Source: a virus. From it: a DNA stretch of 64,000 nt. Of this stretch, positions 58,409 to 64,000 are shown piece after piece. The stretch lies in the IMG/VR virus record IMGVR_UViG_3300045988_159115; one strand, written 5' to 3'. Position 1 is the stretch's first letter. Every line of letters starts with the position of its first letter. The notes beneath the pieces were generated by a model. It was not told the origin of the DNA and did not search any database. It saw only the letters and a list, made by a program, of their open reading frames with translations. A program made the position numbers and the translations under genes.

Positions 58409-58465
58409 TATACCTCCTTTCTTTGATTATATATTATAAAGGTAATCAATAAGAAAGGAGGTATA
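58409..58465 (+). promoter_or_regulatory. 15-bp perfect inverted repeat pairing an anti-SD with the SD of gene 58470; the loop holds promoter motif P12
   Basis: TATACCTCCTTTCTT (58409-58423) pairs with AAGAAAGGAGGTATA (58451-58465). The loop contains ATATATTATA at 58429-58438. Confidence 0.6.
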
Positions 58466-58469
58466 TATT

Positions 58470-58679
58470 ATGGCACGTACTAGCTATGTAAAAGGCGACA
58501 GCAACTATACATCACTAACATGTAAGTTGCTGTCGCCTGTTGCAGACTACGCTGAAGTCTCACGAGATGAACTGACGCGTAGTTTCACCAGCCAGATGTC
58601 TAGGTTTAATAGTAATGGCGTATTTGGTAAGTATTTAGCTACATCTCCAAATATGGACCAAACTATTAGCCTCGTCTAA
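58470..58679 (+). CDS. hypothetical small protein (69 aa)
   Basis: AAAGGAGG lies 7 nt upstream of the start, and the gene has its own promoter motif and terminator. Confidence 0.6.
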   Translation: MARTSYVKGDSNYTSLTCKLLSPVADYAEVSRDELTRSFTSQMSRFNSNGVFGKYLATSPNMDQTISLV

Positions 58680-58686
58680 TGGCTGA

Positions 58687-58728
58687 AAAGAAAGAGTGGG
58701 AGCGATACACTTTCACTCTTTCTTTTTT
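58687..58728. terminator. terminator between convergent genes
   Basis: Stem aaagaaagagtg/cactctttcttt followed by TTTT. Confidence 0.75.
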
Positions 58729-58751
58729 GTAAGTTTATCAATAGAAAAATG

Positions 58752-59981
58752 TTAGTAGTCTAATTCTTCCTTATCCACGATAATCTCAGAAGGAGATACC
58801 GTAGACAGTTTTGCTTTCAGAGCAGGAATAATAGTATCGTACATGACTCTGTAAAGTTCCTTATTCTCTGTAAATGCTTCATGCACATTTCGTCCAGGGA
58901 ACTTCAAATCCTTCCGGTCGCCAAAGTAATAGCCATTGATGTTACCACCAAGCATACCGATTTCCTTCGCATAGTTGATAGACGAACGAATGGAGTCGTA
59001 TCCATGTACCTTGTCAAAAACAAGAGGCACAGAGACGCCATCGGTATTACTTCGGTTTTTGACGAAATATGCCGAAACGCCAAATCCATCAAATCCATTG
59101 GTTGCAACTTCATATTTTTCGCTACCAATAGAGGTAAGACGAATCATGGTATTGGTGTAATACTGAAGAGCCTTACCAGCAGGAAGAGTTTCGTTCTGCT
59201 TCAGACCACGCATCTCAGCAGGCTGAGGAACACCCATGCTAATCTTATCTTTGATGTGGTTAATCATGATAAGAATGATATTGGCGGCCTTCAGCATCTG
59301 CATGATTTCTTTCAGGAAACGAGTCATCAGTCCAGCGAAACGAGAACTATCAGTCTGAGAAGAAATAGAATCCATCTCAGCCTGACCATCCTTCGTGTTC
59401 TCATTGATGAAAGAAGACATAGATGCGACAGAGTCGATGATGATGACGGTAGGCACGTAGACGTAGACCTTGTCACCGAATTCATCAACTTCACCAGTAT
59501 CATACTTAAACTGATCTGGATTTGCAGTCTTTGTACGATACAGCTCAGCAATCGTCTTCTTGATCTCTTCAATGGATACACCGAGCTGACGAACGATGTA
59601 TTTACCATTACGAAGTTCTTCTGGAGTAAATCTGCTCAAGGCAGAAATACGAGTCATATTCGTACCACCCTCAAGGTCGAAATGGATAACGAATCCATTG
59701 TCGAAAGGACGGACGATACTAGATCCAATCTGAGTAGCAAAAGTAGTTTTACCAACGTGGGTCTTACCGATAATCGTAACGATAGAACCACAGGTCACGC
59801 CGATAGAAGGATATACTTCTTTCACGTTTCCATCAGCGTCAAATACATTTACGTTGAAACCCATTGAATAATCGAGAGCAGGGAAACCTGTCCGATATGC
59901 AGTGAATGTGGAATTTGTAGTAAACATGTTTCCGATTTTAGCATTACTACGCAATGCTTCCAGTAAAATATTCTTACCCAT
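58752..59981 (-). CDS. RecA/UvsX/RadA-family recombinase-like ATPase (409 aa)
   Basis: Motifs present are TGFPALDYSMG, Walker A IIGKTHVGKTTFATQ and Walker B VIIIDSVASM. Confidence 0.7.
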   Translation of the reverse strand: MGKNILLEALRSNAKIGNMFTTNSTFTAYRTGFPALDYSMGFNVNVFDADGNVKEVYPSIGVTCGSIVTIIGKTHVGKTTFATQIGSSIVRPFDNGFVIHFDLEGGTNMTRISALSRFTPEELRNGKYIVRQLGVSIEEIKKTIAELYRTKTANPDQFKYDTGEVDEFGDKVYVYVPTVIIIDSVASMSSFINENTKDGQAEMDSISSQTDSSRFAGLMTRFLKEIMQMLKAANIILIMINHIKDKISMGVPQPAEMRGLKQNETLPAGKALQYYTNTMIRLTSIGSEKYEVATNGFDGFGVSAYFVKNRSNTDGVSVPLVFDKVHGYDSIRSSINYAKEIGMLGGNINGYYFGDRKDLKFPGRNVHEAFTENKELYRVMYDTIIPALKAKLSTVSPSEIIVDKEELDY

Positions 59982-60034
59982 AATTGAGCACTCCTTTTCT
60001 CTCAGGTCTTACTGAGCTGTTAAAATGAGCATGC

Positions 60035-60085
60035 AAAAACAGGAGACGCTATCTAGACTAGGCTTGTCATAGATAACGTCTCCTG
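60035..60085 (-). terminator. intrinsic terminator after the helicase gene
   Basis: Stem caggagacgctatct/agataacgtctcctg followed by TTTTTGC on the minus strand. Confidence 0.75.
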
Positions 60086-60095
60086 ATAAATGATC

Positions 60096-61292
60096 TTAAA
60101 GAATAATAGTGATTTTATCTATTGCTCGTGTAATTGCTGTGTATTGAAGTTTTTTATATAGATTGTCAGGGAAATTCTGGAATCTGCTTTCGTTGACAAG
60201 CAGCACACGATTATACTGACTACCCTGAGAAAGATGAGTTGTGATAGCATAAGCATACTCAAATTTATTGAGCTGATTATATTTATCCATCCCATCATTC
60301 TGGGTTCCCGGGTCAGCTTTCATCGCAGGTAAGTCAACTTTTAGATTTCGGAATTGCTTTTCTGGAGGAAGGAAGTCTGGGTGGAAATCAATTGTCAGAT
60401 ACTGACTATTCCTATTCTGGTCATCAATATATGTGATTTCTCCAGCAGTTCCATTCGTCAAGAAAAGGATGTGATCAATCGTTCGTTTCCAGTTATTTTT
60501 TCTGCAAATGACTCGCTCTCCAAGAACCGGATTATCTTCTTGCTTCTTTCGATAGAATTCTTTCCGATAGAAATTATTGATCAATCCACGCATTTTATTA
60601 GAATACGTAAGAGTGATATCATGCTTCTTAAGAAGTTCTCTCGTTACTTTTGTATCATGACCGAATACGATGGAATCTCCGTACGTACCAGGTTCCAGTG
60701 GTCTATTATTTAGAACGCATTGGGATAGGTAGATGATTGGATTTCCCTCTTCTTGTCGCATGATTTGAGTAAGATGATAATCTGGCTCTGTAAGGAAGAA
60801 AGCACCTCCAATAACAGGAGGCAACTGATTTAAGTCACCCATAGCAATAACTGGGATATTATAACTGAGAAGGTCTTGTGCAATCTCAGCAGATACCATA
60901 GATGCTTCGTCGACTACAATGAGCTTGTAATCTTTTTGAAGCGTTTCTTTTTTACGAAAAATCCACTTCTGAATGACTTTATTCTTATCGTCAAATTGGT
61001 AATGACCTTCGTCATCAAGAATTGGCACTTTCACATAGTCGTAGATTAAGCTATGAATCGTTTGAGCGGGTAAGCCGTTTCGAGCCATGACCATTGCGGC
61101 TTTTCCCATGAAAGCAGTGAAAGCACAGTCGCTAATATCGAGTCCAATGGAATCTATGAAGAAGTTCACTAGAAAAGTTTTTCCTGCTCCACTCACTCCA
61201 GATAACTCGAATACTTGCTCATCGTGTCTTTCCCACCAGTTCTGTATTAGAAAAAGAGCTTGTGCTTGATCTCTATTCAATTCAATTCCCAT
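60096..61292 (-). CDS. SF1B helicase, Dda/RecD/Pif1-like (398 aa)
   Basis: Motifs present are Walker A SGVSGAGKTF, Walker B LIVVDEASMV, AMGDLNQLPPV and YAITTHLSQGSQYNRVLLV. Confidence 0.85.
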   Translation of the reverse strand: MGIELNRDQAQALFLIQNWWERHDEQVFELSGVSGAGKTFLVNFFIDSIGLDISDCAFTAFMGKAAMVMARNGLPAQTIHSLIYDYVKVPILDDEGHYQFDDKNKVIQKWIFRKKETLQKDYKLIVVDEASMVSAEIAQDLLSYNIPVIAMGDLNQLPPVIGGAFFLTEPDYHLTQIMRQEEGNPIIYLSQCVLNNRPLEPGTYGDSIVFGHDTKVTRELLKKHDITLTYSNKMRGLINNFYRKEFYRKKQEDNPVLGERVICRKNNWKRTIDHILFLTNGTAGEITYIDDQNRNSQYLTIDFHPDFLPPEKQFRNLKVDLPAMKADPGTQNDGMDKYNQLNKFEYAYAITTHLSQGSQYNRVLLVNESRFQNFPDNLYKKLQYTAITRAIDKITIIL

Positions 61293-61335
61293 AGGGATAT
61301 TTTCCTCCTTGCTCTTCTTTTTAGCTTATGATTTC

Positions 61336-61343
61336 TGTTTTTA
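61336..61343 (-). promoter_or_regulatory. TAAAAACA upstream motif (copy M5)
   Basis: Gene orientation is GAGGTAAAAACAGAAATC, 44-51 nt upstream of ATG 61292. Confidence 0.35.
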
Positions 61344-61406
61344 CCTCTATCTGAACCCACTATGAAAACAGAATTTTAAGCACATTGACTAAGGAGGGAA
61401 ACTAAT

Positions 61407-61772
61407 ATGTCGATTACTGGATTTGATATGATCTATTCTATAGATAATCAAGAGTATGGATACGTTCCTGAGGACTTTAAACCGAAGCGTCGTCAGGAAC
61501 GTATTAGCCTTGTTGTCCCTCGTATTATGGGTGCTCTCACTGCTACGGGAACTGCAAATATTACTGGTAATAAGCTCTTTGCAAATGGAAAAGAGTGTAA
61601 GATCAATTTTAATAAGAGCATTAAATTTGGTAAGGCATTCACAGTAGAGCTTCAGGATAGTAATACTTGGATTGATAAAATTGATAAGGATGGTAATGTC
61701 GTAAAGGGCAAGAAGTTCACCGTTGATTTTATCAATGGAAATATTCAGTATCCGTATGCAACCACAAAGTAA
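61407..61772 (+). CDS. hypothetical protein (121 aa)
   Basis: SD is TAAGGAGGG. Confidence 0.65.
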   Translation: MSITGFDMIYSIDNQEYGYVPEDFKPKRRQERISLVVPRIMGALTATGTANITGNKLFANGKECKINFNKSIKFGKAFTVELQDSNTWIDKIDKDGNVVKGKKFTVDFINGNIQYPYATTK

Positions 61773-61787
61773 TTAGGAGGATATCCC

Positions 61788-62186
61788 ATGTATATGACAT
61801 CACAAGGTGAGAAACCTACAGGAGAATGCTATCTGATTCCTCCAGACGACAACGGAGTTGCTTGGCTGGTTGCCCATTATTATGATGGGACCAATGTCAA
61901 GCTGATTCGTTTCAGAAAACCTGAGAAATCTCCTAAGAGTGATTCTCCTATGCAACGAATGTATGACCTCGAAGATAATCAGCTGAAGCTTGCTCAAGTT
62001 CTTACAGTTGCTCAGACTGTTATCATGAGTTTGACTGGCGTAAATATTGATTCTGCTGGTAATCTTCCGAAGGTTATTTCTGATCTTACTGCTATCAAGG
62101 GCGCTCGAAATGGCCTGAATAATATGGGAGATGCGGAATACGTTGTGACAAACGTTGAGCAGCTCCTGAATCAGAGAGGATGGTGA
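61788..62186 (+). CDS. hypothetical protein (132 aa)
   Basis: SD is TAGGAGG. Confidence 0.65.
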   Translation: MYMTSQGEKPTGECYLIPPDDNGVAWLVAHYYDGTNVKLIRFRKPEKSPKSDSPMQRMYDLEDNQLKLAQVLTVAQTVIMSLTGVNIDSAGNLPKVISDLTAIKGARNGLNNMGDAEYVVTNVEQLLNQRGW

Positions 62187-62189
62187 GTT

Positions 62190-62594
62190 ATGGCAGATCA
62201 GTATTATGCAACGATCAGTGAGCTTATTCGATCAATTGATCACGAAGAGATCAGTTATCGAAATCTGCATACGACTTTCTGTATTCGTGAAAATGGTACA
62301 GATACAATCCAAGTTCCATATAAATCAATTATCCGTGAGTACATTGACCTTATGAATGAGGATGCTGTGAGTGTGAAGCTCCCTGATGATGAAGTCCGTA
62401 TTTATCAGTATAAGCCGAAGAAGCTTTCTCTTGATCTATATGGGACGACAGAACTTTGGGCTGGACTTCTTGAGCTCAATCACATGTATTCTATCTTGAA
62501 CTTCGATTGTCTGAAGCCTTTCCTCGTATTTAATCCGGGCACGGTAAGAAAGAAGATCAACGAGATTCTGATTGCTGAAGAAGTTATTAAGTGA
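62190..62594 (+). CDS. hypothetical protein (134 aa)
   Basis: SD is GGTGAG, and the gene is tightly coupled to the upstream gene. Confidence 0.65.
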   Translation: MADQYYATISELIRSIDHEEISYRNLHTTFCIRENGTDTIQVPYKSIIREYIDLMNEDAVSVKLPDDEVRIYQYKPKKLSLDLYGTTELWAGLLELNHMYSILNFDCLKPFLVFNPGTVRKKINEILIAEEVIK

Positions 62595-62643
62595 ATTAAA
62601 GTACCAGACTATCAATTCTCAAGTAGTCTGGTACTTTAATTTA
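62595..62643 (+). terminator. intrinsic terminator
   Basis: 17-bp stem attaaagtaccagacta/tagtctggtactttaat followed by TTT. Confidence 0.8.
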
Positions 62644-62652
62644 TATATTATA
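62643..62652 (+). promoter_or_regulatory. ATATATTATA promoter-like motif (P13)
   Basis: The sequence is AATTTATATATTATATAATAGAC, 34 nt upstream of ATG 62686. Confidence 0.45.
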
Positions 62653-62685
62653 TAATAGACGAAATATCAAGGAGGTAATAATCAA

Positions 62686-64000
62686 ATGGCATTAAACGTC
62701 AATTTCAATGACCTTTATCAGAGAATGGTTGATGGCGAAACTTCTGTTGCTGAAGCATCCAGATTCATGCAATCGCCTGAAGTTCATAAGCTCATCAATT
62801 CTCTGGTCTACAAAAAGTCCATTGATCAGATGGTTCCTTTCTACCCTGAGGAACTTCAAAATATTCAGGGTATTATCAACGTGGCGCAGTTCATCTATAA
62901 CGATTCTGGAATGGATACTGGACTTACCGATTCGGAATATGATGCACTTTATGAAGCAATGCTTCGTAATGGTGGAGACGATATCATCACGGTACCGATT
63001 CTTCCGAATGCAAATAATATTGCGCATCATAAGTACCCGTCTCTTCGTGGTACTCTGACGAAGACCTACTATCTTTCCACAGATGAGAAGCGCACAAATC
63101 CGTCTCGCCATTATCTGGATGAATGGATTCAGACGATGGAGAATAAGATCTATCAAGCAACCGGGAAGCAGATGTATCTCAATGATGAAGAGATCTATGT
63201 TTTCCCGAAGTTTGATGGAGTCTCCGGCATCTTTGAGATGAATGCTGACGGAACGATCGGCAGAGTTCTTACTCGTGGATTCACTGAGCGAAACGAGGCT
63301 CAGGATATCACACGTCATTTCCAAGGTCTTCCTATCCGTAAGTATCATGAAATCAATGGTGCTTATGGTTTGAAGACAGAGGTCATGATGTATGAATCCG
63401 ACCTTGCAAAGTTCAATGAGACGTATCATACGGATTACAAGAATACCCGATCCATCGTATCTGGTATTCTGAATAGTGAAGAATATGACCCGTATAAGGC
63501 ACAGTATCTTCACGTAGTTCCTCTTCGTGTTGGAGATCTGGATGGTAATCAGGAACTTGCACAGGAAGCTTTCAATCTGTACCCGTATCTTCGTTGCCGT
63601 CTGAAAGACCGTGAAGCAATCAGAAATTTCGCCTATTCTCATCGTTATATTCATGATGAACTTCGGTGTGATGGTGCAGTTATCTATATCATCAATCCCG
63701 AGATTCAGAAGATTCTTGGACGCGAGAATGATAAGAATAACTTCGAAGTGGCTTACAAGTTCACGGAAGAATCTGCTATGACGATTCTGGAAGACGTCTC
63801 TTTCAATATGGGTTCTTTTGGAAGACTAGCTCCGGTTGCAAAGGTGAAGCCGGTTAAGCTAAAGGGAAACACCATTGAGAAAGTTTCTCTTGGGTCTGTT
63901 GGTCGATTCCGTTCTTTGAAGCTTCATGAGGGTGACAAGGTTAAGATTCTTTACGACATCATTCCGTATCTTGCCTTCGATAAAGACTGCTCTCATAACT
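62686..64000 (+). CDS. ligA: NAD-dependent DNA ligase (LigA-type), N-terminal about 438 codons; runs off the right edge
   Basis: My own translation from ATG 62686 (AAGGAGG 8 nt upstream) reads MALNVNFNDLYQRMV... Motifs present are the Ia-domain-like LTDSEYDALYEAM, the adenylation motif FPKFDGVS (KxDG), NNFEVAYKF, and the OB region LKGNTIEKVSLGSV...LHEGDKVKILYDIIPYL. It is not in the track because there is no stop in the window. Confidence 0.75.
   Translation, partial: MALNVNFNDLYQRMVDGETSVAEASRFMQSPEVHKLINSLVYKKSIDQMVPFYPEELQNIQGIINVAQFIYNDSGMDTGLTDSEYDALYEAMLRNGGDDIITVPILPNANNIAHHKYPSLRGTLTKTYYLSTDEKRTNPSRHYLDEWIQTMENKIYQATGKQMYLNDEEIYVFPKFDGVSGIFEMNADGTIGRVLTRGFTERNEAQDITRHFQGLPIRKYHEINGAYGLKTEVMMYESDLAKFNETYHTDYKNTRSIVSGILNSEEYDPYKAQYLHVVPLRVGDLDGNQELAQEAFNLYPYLRCRLKDREAIRNFAYSHRYIHDELRCDGAVIYIINPEIQKILGRENDKNNFEVAYKFTEESAMTILEDVSFNMGSFGRLAPVAKVKPVKLKGNTIEKVSLGSVGRFRSLKLHEGDKVKILYDIIPYLAFDKDCSHN

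Noticed and set aside
1-64000. I searched by eye for CRISPR arrays, tRNA or tmRNA genes, integrase or recombinase genes, reverse transcriptase/DGR elements and transposase ends.
   Set aside because: I found no regularly spaced direct repeats, no cloverleaf-compatible segment with a GTTCRANYC-type T-loop, and no recombinase or RT motifs. A tRNAscan-SE/Infernal run would be needed to be certain.

Overview
This window is a dense segment of a large tailed dsDNA phage genome. AGGAGG-type Shine-Dalgarno sites occur at almost every gene, there is an LL-H-like holin, and there are C39-like and NlpC/P60-like wall-hydrolase domains; together these suggest a Gram-positive (Bacillota-type) host. I call about 61 protein genes in alternating strand blocks, most of them bounded by strong hairpin terminators.

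Two genes run off the window edges and are therefore missing from the ORF track:
- a giant minus-strand ORF at 1-9803 (at least 3267 codons, tape-measure/ejection-like)
- the 5' part of an NAD-dependent DNA ligase at 62686-64000

Functions I recognise:
- Mre11/SbcD-like nuclease
- guanylate kinase
- LL-H-like holin
- classical AAA ATPase
- eukaryotic-like protein kinase with a zinc ribbon
- a tubulin-superfamily GTPase with an exact GGGTGSG signature
- both type IIA topoisomerase subunits
- T4 gp21-type prohead protease
- RecA/UvsX-like recombinase
- Dda/RecD-like helicase

I saw no tRNA, rRNA, CRISPR array, integrase or transposase.

Main observations worth follow-up:
- the giant ORF, with three glycine-zipper modules and two Cys-peptidase-like domains
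- a self-contained tubulin three-gene operon with two unknown partners
- a conserved 7-codon leader ORF (MKNERT[IT]) whose TGA abuts the ATG of both topoisomerase genes
- two families of conserved upstream motifs (ATATATTATA in 10 copies, TAAAAACA in 5 copies)
- three paralog families in an accessory region at 20-29 kb
- a 500-bp non-coding island with three tandem terminators
- an AT-rich, polypyrimidine-containing 680-bp intergenic region
- an AAA / basic protein / kinase / hyper-acidic protein gene run

All homology statements rest on motif recognition by eye. No database search was run.
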